Shown here piece after piece: positions 28,084 through 35,445 of a stretch of DNA of 41,704 nucleotides. Numbering within the stretch: position 1 is the stretch's first letter; each line of letters begins with the position of its first letter. A program made the position numbers and the translations under genes. The DNA lies in the NCBI GenBank assembly GCA_029548585.1, contig JAKPNC010000143.1, forward strand, positions 1-41,704. The letters are read 5' to 3'. The DNA comes from a bacterium. Its GTDB lineage: Bacteria > Ratteibacteria > UBA8468 > B48-G9 > JAFGKM01. Under the pieces are notes generated by a model that worked only from the letters and a program-made list of their open reading frames with translations, did not search any database and was not told where the DNA came from.

Positions 28084-28992
28084 ATGGAACGCAAATTACT
28101 GGTTCTCTTCTCTTTTGGCTGCATGCTCGCCCTTTTTTCAGGCTGTGAAACCATAGCAACCCAGGGCGATCTTGGAGAGATGGATAAAAAGGTTTCCGGG
28201 CTGCAGGATGATTTCTACGCGACTTCAAAGGCCATATCGGAACGTTTCAAGGCGCTGGAATCAAACACGGATTCGAAGTTCGCCTCCGTTGAATCCGGCA
28301 GGAATGCCCTTTCCGAGAGGACGGACAGGTTGTCGGCGAATGTAGAAAACCTCGTGAAGGAAAAGACCGTTCTTGAGTCCCGGATATCGTCCATAGACGA
28401 GGAGATAAGGAAAATTCATGGAAAGGTCGACGAGCTTGATTACAAGTTTTCCGAGGAGATGAAAAAGGAGAAGACATCCGCCCAGCAGGAAGGTTTTGAG
28501 ATTCGCCGGGACATGGAAGGCATCAGGAAGACTTACAATGACATAATATCATCCATAGCTTCCCTCGGCAAGAACCTCTCCGCCATCCAGAACGATCTTC
28601 TCGCCGTCAACCAGTCCCAGGTAAAGCTCGGCGAGTCCGTCAACAGGATCTCATCGGAGATGGAAAGGAATTCTGCGAGGGTCGATTCCCTGGAGGAGTC
28701 CCATTCGAGGAATATACAGGTATTGATAGACGAGATTACCAGGCAGGAGAGCGAGATCTTCAGGCTTAAGAATGAATTCAAAAACAGGGCCGTGGAAACG
28801 CAGCCTGCAGGGAGCGTGAAAGCCGTGGAAACCCCTGCGGCCTCCCGGGAAAAAAAATATTATACTGTCAGGAAAGGAGATTCCCTCGGTTCTGTCGCAG
28901 GAAGGTTTAATACAACGGTCAGGGCTGTCAGGGAAGCCAATAAGCTCAGGAATGACAACCTCTCCATCGGGCAGAAGCTTCTCATCCCATAA
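28084..28992 (+). CDS. Coiled-coil lipoprotein with C-terminal LysM domain (occupies the cpoB/ybgF position)
   Basis: The lipobox is ALFSGC. About 230 aa of heptad-like charged helix follow. The C-terminal YYTVRKGDSLGSVAGRFNTTVRAVREANKLRNDNLSIGQKLLIP is a canonical LysM domain. Confidence 0.7.
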   Translation: MERKLLVLFSFGCMLALFSGCETIATQGDLGEMDKKVSGLQDDFYATSKAISERFKALESNTDSKFASVESGRNALSERTDRLSANVENLVKEKTVLESRISSIDEEIRKIHGKVDELDYKFSEEMKKEKTSAQQEGFEIRRDMEGIRKTYNDIISSIASLGKNLSAIQNDLLAVNQSQVKLGESVNRISSEMERNSARVDSLEESHSRNIQVLIDEITRQESEIFRLKNEFKNRAVETQPAGSVKAVETPAASREKKYYTVRKGDSLGSVAGRFNTTVRAVREANKLRNDNLSIGQKLLIP

Positions 28993-29021
28993 TAATTCCC
29001 TGGAAGAATTTGTCCTGCAGG

Positions 29022-29042
29022 TCATTGCCATGTGGGCAATGA
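29022..29042. terminator. Hairpin between convergent genes (possible terminator, no U-tract)
   Basis: TCATTGCC-ATGTG-GGCAATGA is a perfect 8-bp stem. It has no flanking T-run, so its function is uncertain. Confidence 0.2.
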
Positions 29043-29111
29043 GATACGGCAAACTGCGGAATTCCTCATGCCCTAAATATGAAGAAGCCCGGTTCAGCAA
29101 AGGATGACTTC

Positions 29112-30146
29112 TCAGGGTCTAAGAACAACCCCGAGGGCTTTTTCAGGATGACCTATGAGAAGTTCACACGCCTCCGGCCCCCTGTCGAGGGGGAATTCGT
29201 GGGTTATCACGGGTTTCATCTTTATCCTTCCCGACTCCATTGCCCTGTAGAATTCGGAGATGTTGCGTCTCGTTGTCCACGGAACGAAAGTCTTCGGGTA
29301 ATCCCCGCCCTGTTCGTAAGAATCGTCGTGGTATCCCGGGCCGGTGCGGGCCGAGCTTCTTATGTCAAGGTTTCCTATCGCTGCCCCGAACCTCGTGGTT
29401 ACCTCGCACCCTCCGGGTATCACCACCCTTCCCATTATATGCCTGTCGGGAGAAACCTTCATCAGCCTTGATACATTCTCGAAGGCGGGGGTCGCATTCC
29501 CGCCGAAACATATGAAGGCGCAGTCGAAGCCGAACGGGGAAGCGAATGCGCCGCAGGTCTCCGTCCACTTTTCGTCCGATGTGTCAAAAGTTATCTCAAA
29601 ACCTGTTTTCTCGGCTTTTTTTCTTCTCAGCGGAAAAAAATCGGCCCCTGCGACGTGGGCCCCGCAGGCTCCGGCCAGCTGGCCTATCATGTTTCCAAGG
29701 ATGCCCAGTCCCATTACGAGCACATTTTCTCCAAACTCTATCCCGGCCCTTCTTACTGCCTGTACTGCCGTTCCGGCAAGGTTTGTGAATGCGGCTTCAG
29801 GGAAAGAAACGCTCTCCGGCAGGGGTATGCAGAGATTTCCCGGAACCGCGGCAATGCTGCCGTGCCTGGCTCCCGAACCCATGCATGCAACCCGCATGCC
29901 TTTTTCAATATCCTTCACGCCCGGCCCTTTATCTATAACCACACCCGAATTCTGGTATCCGAAAGGCCTCCATTCAAAGGCGGCAGGATTGGCCCTCATG
30001 TGTTTTATCCCTCCAAGCTCCGTTCCGGGGCTTATTCCCGAGGCCTTAACCTGTACCAGGACTTCGTAGTCTTTAAGCGATTCCATATCCTGCTTTTTTA
30101 CCGAGAATTTGCCTGAACCTTCTAACATCAGAACTTTTCTTTTCAT
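29112..30146 (-). CDS. Medium-chain dehydrogenase/reductase (zinc-binding alcohol dehydrogenase family)
   Basis: 344 aa. It has a GroES-like N-domain (EVLVQVKASGISPGTE) and a Rossmann motif (VLVMGLGILG). Classical catalytic Zn ligands are not obvious. Confidence 0.7.
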   Translation of the reverse strand: MKRKVLMLEGSGKFSVKKQDMESLKDYEVLVQVKASGISPGTELGGIKHMRANPAAFEWRPFGYQNSGVVIDKGPGVKDIEKGMRVACMGSGARHGSIAAVPGNLCIPLPESVSFPEAAFTNLAGTAVQAVRRAGIEFGENVLVMGLGILGNMIGQLAGACGAHVAGADFFPLRRKKAEKTGFEITFDTSDEKWTETCGAFASPFGFDCAFICFGGNATPAFENVSRLMKVSPDRHIMGRVVIPGGCEVTTRFGAAIGNLDIRSSARTGPGYHDDSYEQGGDYPKTFVPWTTRRNISEFYRAMESGRIKMKPVITHEFPLDRGPEACELLIGHPEKALGVVLRP

Positions 30147-30240
30147 CTTGCCTCCAGGGTTGGAAAGACGGGATAAAAGTCAAAAAGATTGAAATTTCGG
30201 GCAAAAAACGCAGGTTTGCATTAAAAAAAGAATGTTGAAG

Positions 30241-30312
30241 CGCCCCCAAGGGGATTCGAACCCCTCCTGCCACCTTGAAAGAGTGGTGACCTAACCAATA
30301 GTCGATGGGGGC
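30241..30312 (-). tRNA. tRNA-Glu (anticodon TTC)
   Basis: The minus strand reads GCCCCCA/TC/GACT.../CCACT-CTTTCAA-GGTGG/.../AGGGG-TTCGAAT-CCCCT/TGGGGGC/G. The anticodon loop is CTTTCAA, giving UUC. The discriminator is G and no CCA is encoded. Confidence 0.9.
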
Positions 30313-30353
30313 GGGAATATCGTTATTTGTGAATGATGATCACACAAGTAAAG

Positions 30354-30382
30354 ATTATACAATTTCCCCGGGTTATTGTCAA
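30354..30382 (-). promoter_or_regulatory. Perfect consensus sigma70 promoter driving tRNA-Glu
   Basis: The minus strand reads TTGACA-ATAACCCGGGGAAATTG (17 nt)-TATAAT. The predicted transcription start is about 35 nt upstream of the mature tRNA 5' end. Confidence 0.75.
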
Positions 30383-30732
30383 TCAATAGTCATGAGATTG
30401 GAAATTCTCCCATAAGAAAGGCATTCCGCCCGTATACCCGTCCTTCCCTGCCCTGAAGTTACAGCAGGCAAATTTTGCGGGTGGCCGGGGGGCTCTCTTA
30501 TTTGTCATCCCGGGAAGTCTCTGCCCATGGTTTATCGTGTTGAGATTCTGAACAGAAACATTTCAGAATGACATCTTTGAAGGCGTTCTTCAATGAGCGA
30601 TTATATCATCCGGAAGAAAAACCGCCTTTCTGCAAGACTCCGGTTTGCATGCAACGGGGAGGGAAGTAAGGGGAGGTGATGCGAAGCGGTATTCCCTTCA
30701 TCCCATTAATCTTTCCACATAAAGAGCCCTTA

Positions 30733-30760
30733 TGGACAAAAAACTTATAAATGATACAAT
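30733..30760 (+). promoter_or_regulatory. Promoter-like element (extended -10) for the 30.8-41.7 kb operon
   Basis: TGGACA-N16-TACAAT with TG one nt upstream of the -10 (TGaTACAAT). A GGAGGA SD lies 5 nt before the ATG at 30793. Confidence 0.4.
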
Positions 30761-30792
30761 ATTGGAAGCAGTTACAAACTGCGGAGGATCTC

Positions 30793-31797
30793 ATGAAAAG
30801 GTCTCTGAGTCTTGTTGCCGTCCTCTTTTTTGTGTCTGCTTTCAGCGCGCATCCCCATCTCTGCGATAACGTTTTCAGACAGGCCGACTCGCTTATAGTG
30901 AAACCTGAAACCTATACGCTGGTGGTAAAGGAAAGTACGACTTTCAAAGTATTTCTTCAAAACAACATGGACAGGGGAATCGCTGAAATCAGCCTCATCC
31001 CCGAAAGTTCTTCCTTCGATTTTTCAGTTACTCCCCAGAAAATGTCCATTCCAAAAGGCCGGCAGGTTTATTTCCAGGTTACCCTTTCTCCAAGGCCGGG
31101 GATCAGATCCGGAAATTACGAGATAAAGTTCCGGCTGGTTGGCGGCGGCAGGGAATTCAAGGCATTCACCCTTGACAGCCTTGCCCAGGAAGCCGGGGCA
31201 AAAAAGGAATCCATTCCTGATACTTCAAAGCTTTCGCAGGTTCGGCGCTCCAATGGCGCGCCGGCTATAGACGGCAATCTTAACGATCCGGTATGGAAAA
31301 ACGCCGCAGTTCTGTCAAGGTTTATTTCCTCAACCGGAGCCGAACCTTCTTATCCTACCTGGGCTCTCATGTCGTTTGACAGGGATAACCTGTACCTGGG
31401 AGTTTTCTGCAGGGATGAGGATACGGGAAAATTGTCTCCGCGGGACAGAATAGACATTATCCTTTCTTCGGAGAGCGGCGGGATGTCAGGTTTTCTCCTC
31501 TCCTTTCCGTATGCGGGCGCCGCAAAATGCCAGAAGTATGGCAGGGAGAATAAGGCTGCAGCGTGGAACCTTCCCGGAATGAAGTATTCTATCATGAAAA
31601 AGGATAAGAACTGGTCGCTGGAAATATCCGTTCCTTTTTCTGATTTGAATACTTTGGCGCCGATGCTAAAGTCTGTCTGGAATGTCAGAATTAACCGGTA
31701 CAAAGAAAGCGGTTTGAAGGAAAAAAGTTTCTGGGCGATGGATTCGTCAGGCTACCACAACGAGAAAAAACTCGGCATGGTCGTCATGTATCCTTAA
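30793..31797 (+). CDS. Exported protein: N-terminal Ig-like domain plus CBM9/DOMON-like C-terminal domain
   Basis: I chose the internal start MKRSLSLVAVLFFVSAFSA (signal peptide) because it has an SD. The C-terminal half has APAIDGNLNDPVWKNAAVLSRF and WSLEISVPFSDL...WNVRINRY, as in carbohydrate-binding family 9-like domains. Confidence 0.5.
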   Translation: MKRSLSLVAVLFFVSAFSAHPHLCDNVFRQADSLIVKPETYTLVVKESTTFKVFLQNNMDRGIAEISLIPESSSFDFSVTPQKMSIPKGRQVYFQVTLSPRPGIRSGNYEIKFRLVGGGREFKAFTLDSLAQEAGAKKESIPDTSKLSQVRRSNGAPAIDGNLNDPVWKNAAVLSRFISSTGAEPSYPTWALMSFDRDNLYLGVFCRDEDTGKLSPRDRIDIILSSESGGMSGFLLSFPYAGAAKCQKYGRENKAAAWNLPGMKYSIMKKDKNWSLEISVPFSDLNTLAPMLKSVWNVRINRYKESGLKEKSFWAMDSSGYHNEKKLGMVVMYP

Positions 31798-31815
31798 AAT
31801 AAACAGCAACTCACA

Positions 31816-32355
31816 ATGAAGAATATAATATTCACAATACTTGTTTCTCTATTTCTTCTTTGTGCGAACGCAGAAGAAAACCGTTTTGTGATTGAATTCG
31901 AGTATCCTCAATTTAAGGGCGATTTCTATGTTTCAGGACGGGTTTCCTTCCCTCCCGGAGCCGTGCTCTCCGATAAAAACTTTTCCGTGCACGATTCCCT
32001 GACGCAGGAAGAAATCCCTGTCATGGTGGAGATCAGCGAAAAATGGCCCGACGGTTCCATTCTCGATGCTTCTGTCCATTTTGCGGCTAACTCCTCAAGG
32101 AGAAAGGATTACGTTCTTTCTTACGGCGAGGGCGTGAACAGAAGCAGGTCTTTCACTCAGGTTTCCACCCTGCCCATAGTAACGGCTTCCATAGGGAATT
32201 CTCCGAGAACGGAAGAGTCTCTTGACATGGAAGTCGGCCAGCTTATCGTCAAAGTTGACAGGAGTGTCGATTTTCGATACTACTGGTATCTTCTTCCCAT
32301 GTTTGGACTGCTTTTTCTTGCGGTATGCCGTGCAAGGAGAAATTCAAAATCATGA
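31816..32355 (+). CDS. Hypothetical exported protein with C-terminal TM anchor and basic tail
   Basis: 179 aa. The signal peptide is MKNIIFTILVSLFLLCANA. The C-terminus is YYWYLLPMFGLLFLAVC-RARRNSKS. There is no recognisable SD, and its stop overlaps the next start (ATGA). Confidence 0.45.
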   Translation: MKNIIFTILVSLFLLCANAEENRFVIEFEYPQFKGDFYVSGRVSFPPGAVLSDKNFSVHDSLTQEEIPVMVEISEKWPDGSILDASVHFAANSSRRKDYVLSYGEGVNRSRSFTQVSTLPIVTASIGNSPRTEESLDMEVGQLIVKVDRSVDFRYYWYLLPMFGLLFLAVCRARRNSKS

Positions 32356-33380
32356 ATAAGAGGAGAATCACGTTTTTAAGAAGAACGGTTCAGATTCTTT
32401 GTCTTGTCATGCTTGTATACGGCGGATATATCTTCAAGGTAAAACATCATACCACCCAGCAGGCCAATCTCTTTCCGGCATTAAAAGCGCCCGAAGGCTA
32501 TATCTCCACGACGAAATTTGACCGGGGCTCCATACTATGGCCTTCCGGGGATAATCCGGTTCTGGAAAACTATCCCCCCGGGCTTGTCTGCCGTTTCAAT
32601 CCGAGAGGGGGGCTTTTCAAAGCCTGCATAGTCCATTTCATTTCAGAAAACCTCACCTGGCGGACTTCTTTCAAATATCTCCTTCCACATCTCACTCTTT
32701 TTATGCTCTTATGCTTTCTCTTTGGAAGGCTATGGTGCAGATGGGCGTGCCCAATAGGCACGGTGGGAGATTTTCTGACGATGCTCAGGAAAAAAATGAA
32801 TATTCCCTCAAGGAAATTTCCAGCCGGTTTCAGAAACGGCCTAAGGTCCGGCTCATACTGTATTCTCGGCACAAGTTTTTTTATTTCCGCCCTGATAGGC
32901 GTGCCTCATCTTGCAAGGTTCCAGTGCTACTGGTTCCTTCCTTACTGCCAGATCTGCCCCGCAAGGCTTATCTGCCCGATTTTCGGATTAATAAAGCCGG
33001 GATGGAAAGATTTTGAAACAGCCATTACAACCATGTTTACAATACTTGCCTGGCTTGTTCTGGGTATTTTTGTGGCGGCTTTCTACTGGGGAAGAAGAAT
33101 ATGGTGCCATCTTTGTCCTGTCGGACTCATGAATTCGTGGTTTAACAGGGGAGCGGGAGTCGAACTGAAAAAGATTTCCGTGAAGTGCAATAAATGCGGA
33201 TTGTGCACGGAGGCCTGTCCCATGGGTCTTACAGAGATGTTTGAGAAGAAGACCGACGGAGTTTTCAACCAGAGCGGATGTATCATGTGCCTCAGGTGCG
33301 TCGAAATATGCCCGAGAGACGGATGCCTTTCAGCGAACTTTTTCGGAAGGAAAATAGTTGAATCGAGGCTGAAAAAATGA
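32352..33380 (+). CDS. NapH/MauN-type integral-membrane polyferredoxin (4Fe-4S binding protein)
   Basis: It has several TM helices, two membrane-proximal CX3CP motifs (CRWACPIGT, WCHLCPVG) and two C-terminal ferredoxin motifs (CNKCGLCTEACP, CIMCLRCVEICP). Confidence 0.75.
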   Translation: MNKRRITFLRRTVQILCLVMLVYGGYIFKVKHHTTQQANLFPALKAPEGYISTTKFDRGSILWPSGDNPVLENYPPGLVCRFNPRGGLFKACIVHFISENLTWRTSFKYLLPHLTLFMLLCFLFGRLWCRWACPIGTVGDFLTMLRKKMNIPSRKFPAGFRNGLRSGSYCILGTSFFISALIGVPHLARFQCYWFLPYCQICPARLICPIFGLIKPGWKDFETAITTMFTILAWLVLGIFVAAFYWGRRIWCHLCPVGLMNSWFNRGAGVELKKISVKCNKCGLCTEACPMGLTEMFEKKTDGVFNQSGCIMCLRCVEICPRDGCLSANFFGRKIVESRLKK

Positions 33381-34621
33381 AAAACAAGGAATATCTCAGA
33401 GAAGATTACGCAAAGACTTTGAAATTCTTTTCAAAGGGGAAAGACTCTCCTGAAATTCCCGGAAATTCAGAAGCCATTGAAAAGTACAGAAAACTATCCG
33501 GGCTCAAAGAAACGGATTTTTTTTACGATGCTTTCCTGAAAGCAAAGAGTACTATTCCTGAAAAGGAAAAGAAACCCGTGGCGGGGTATTTCTGCAATAC
33601 CGTTCCGGAAGAACTCCTTCTTGCATGCGGGGTGCATCCTGTACGCCTTTGCAGCGCTGACAGCCATTGCGCAGAATGCGGTGAAGAAGCTATTCCCGGA
33701 GATATCTGTCCCATGGTCAAAGCGGCCTGCGGTGATTTCTTCCATGATTTTAACCGGATGATGGACCTTTTGATTATTCCTGCAACGTGCGACGGACGCG
33801 TAAAGCTTGCCGAAATACTGAGCCCCGTTGCAAAAGATATATATTTTATCGATATCCCGAGAAACACCGATTATCTTGAAAACGTCAATATATGGGAGAA
33901 AGAATATACGAAGTTTTTCGATTACCTGAAGTCAAAGTTCAAAGTGAAACCTGCAAGGAGAGAGATTCTCGACGCCTGCGTCCAAACCAATGAAAGAACT
34001 CGAATGTACAGGAAGATATATGAAGCAAGGGCGAAAAAACCTGGGATCATGAACGCCTTTGATTATTTCATAATGGCCAATTCTTCTTTCTTCCTTTCTC
34101 CGGCGGAATGGACCGAAAAAGCCTCTCTTCTGTACAGAGAAATCAGCGGAAGAGAGCAGGAGCCAGGAAGAAAAAAAATCCTCCTTGCGGGTTCGCCGGT
34201 AGTTTTTCCCAACTTCAAGATTCTCGATATCCTCGGGGATGCCGGATGCTGCGTTTCCGCCGACGTAGTATGTTCCGCATACGGAAGGCTTTACGATCCC
34301 GTCGAGATAGACGAGGAAACGGAGTCGGGAATCATCAGGGCTCTCTCTCTGAAATATGTAGCTCCCAGTATATGCCCATGCTTTGTGGGTATTGACAAGC
34401 TTATCAACACGGTGCTTGATTCCGTTGAAAGGTATGGACTTGATGGCGTTATATATTACAATATAAGGTTGTGCCAGGTGTTTGAAATGGCATCAGGCGT
34501 TTTGAGAAGCGTTCTCAAGGATAGGGACATCCCTTTCCTTTTCCTGAAAACCGATTTCAGCAAAGAGGATACGGGACAGCTTAAAACAAGGGTAGAAGCT
34601 TTCATGGAAATGCTGGGGTAA
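33377..34621 (+). CDS. 2-hydroxyacyl-CoA dehydratase (HGD-D) family Fe-S protein, single-subunit, double-cubane-cluster-protein-like
   Basis: 414 aa. YFCNTVPEELLLACGVHPVRL is the family N-terminal signature. At least 14 Cys are present. No second homologous subunit lies adjacent. An ATGA overlap joins it to the NapH-like gene. Confidence 0.7.
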   Translation: MKNKEYLREDYAKTLKFFSKGKDSPEIPGNSEAIEKYRKLSGLKETDFFYDAFLKAKSTIPEKEKKPVAGYFCNTVPEELLLACGVHPVRLCSADSHCAECGEEAIPGDICPMVKAACGDFFHDFNRMMDLLIIPATCDGRVKLAEILSPVAKDIYFIDIPRNTDYLENVNIWEKEYTKFFDYLKSKFKVKPARREILDACVQTNERTRMYRKIYEARAKKPGIMNAFDYFIMANSSFFLSPAEWTEKASLLYREISGREQEPGRKKILLAGSPVVFPNFKILDILGDAGCCVSADVVCSAYGRLYDPVEIDEETESGIIRALSLKYVAPSICPCFVGIDKLINTVLDSVERYGLDGVIYYNIRLCQVFEMASGVLRSVLKDRDIPFLFLKTDFSKEDTGQLKTRVEAFMEMLG

Positions 34622-34623
34622 AT

Positions 34624-35391
34624 ATGGAAATATACGCGGGAATAGACATCGGTTCCGTAACGACAAAATGCGTTATACTGCAGGGGAAAAGCATTATTGG
34701 CAAGGCCCTCGTCAAAACCGGCATTGATACCGAAAAATGCGCAAACGACGTTCTGGACATGGCTGCGGGGGATGCCGGCATTAAGGTTGAAGAAATACAA
34801 AGGATGGTTTCCACAGGTTACGGCAGAAGGATTTTCAGGAGGGCGGACAGGATAATAACCGAGATATCCGCAGCTGCCGCGGGCGGTTATATATTGTGCG
34901 GGGAGAAAGCAACCCTTATTATCGATGTGGGAGGCCAGGATACAAAAGTCATTGAGGTTAACGGCAAAGGGGAAGTGCTTGACTTTCTCATGAATGACAA
35001 ATGCGCCGCCGGAACGGGCAGGTTCCTCGAGATCATGTCTCATGTTTTCGAAACCGATATCCAGGGTTTTTCTCAACTGGCCATTGGTTCCGAATCTCCC
35101 GTGGCAATAAATTCCACGTGCAGCGTTTTCGCGGAAAGCGAGGTCGTTTCTCTCATAGCTTCTTCCGCAAGAAAAGAGGATATAGCCGCCGGACTTTTCA
35201 GGTCAATTGCATCGAGAGTCGCGGGCATGGTCAGGCAGTTCCGGCGTTATGAACTGACAGTATTTTGCGGAGGCGGCGCAAAGAGCCAGGCATTAAAAGG
35301 TTTTATAGAAAAGGCGATCGAGAGACCCCTGATTGTTCTGCAGGAACCCCAGTTTGTAGTGGCATATGGTGCGGCATGCCTTGCCCGGTAA
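34624..35391 (+). CDS. BcrAD/BadFG (HgdC-like) ATPase, activator of HGD-D family enzymes
   Basis: 255 aa. It has the ASKHA phosphate-1 motif GIDIGSVTTKCV and the two cluster-bridging Cys contexts NDKCAAGTGRFLE and NSTCSVFAESE. Confidence 0.85.
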   Translation: MEIYAGIDIGSVTTKCVILQGKSIIGKALVKTGIDTEKCANDVLDMAAGDAGIKVEEIQRMVSTGYGRRIFRRADRIITEISAAAAGGYILCGEKATLIIDVGGQDTKVIEVNGKGEVLDFLMNDKCAAGTGRFLEIMSHVFETDIQGFSQLAIGSESPVAINSTCSVFAESEVVSLIASSARKEDIAAGLFRSIASRVAGMVRQFRRYELTVFCGGGAKSQALKGFIEKAIERPLIVLQEPQFVVAYGAACLAR

Positions 35392-35445
35392 GAACTTCTT
35401 GCGCAATTTGGCAGCAGAAATTTACCCAACTTTCAAGGAGAAAAA

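Noticed and set aside
30546-30570. The inverted repeat ATTCTGAA-N9-TTCAGAAT lies in the long non-coding region upstream of the eight-gene operon.
   Set aside because: Allowing spacers of 0-15 nt, about 10 such 8-bp inverted repeats are expected by chance in this window. I mention it only as part of the unexplained region and do not call it a site.
30600-30650. The segment CCGGAAGAAAAACCGCCTTTCTGCAAGACTCCGG faintly resembles the GCAAAGCC-CCGG core of c-di-GMP-I (GEMM-I) riboswitches.
   Set aside because: The conserved GGCAAACC and ACGCAAAGCC elements are not actually present, and the helices do not fit. The resemblance is superficial. A cmscan would settle it.
30606-30794. A 62-aa minus-strand ORF lies in the non-coding region upstream of the operon.
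   Set aside because: It has no SD and a Cys/Phe-rich implausible sequence. It would start inside the operon's SD and promoter region.
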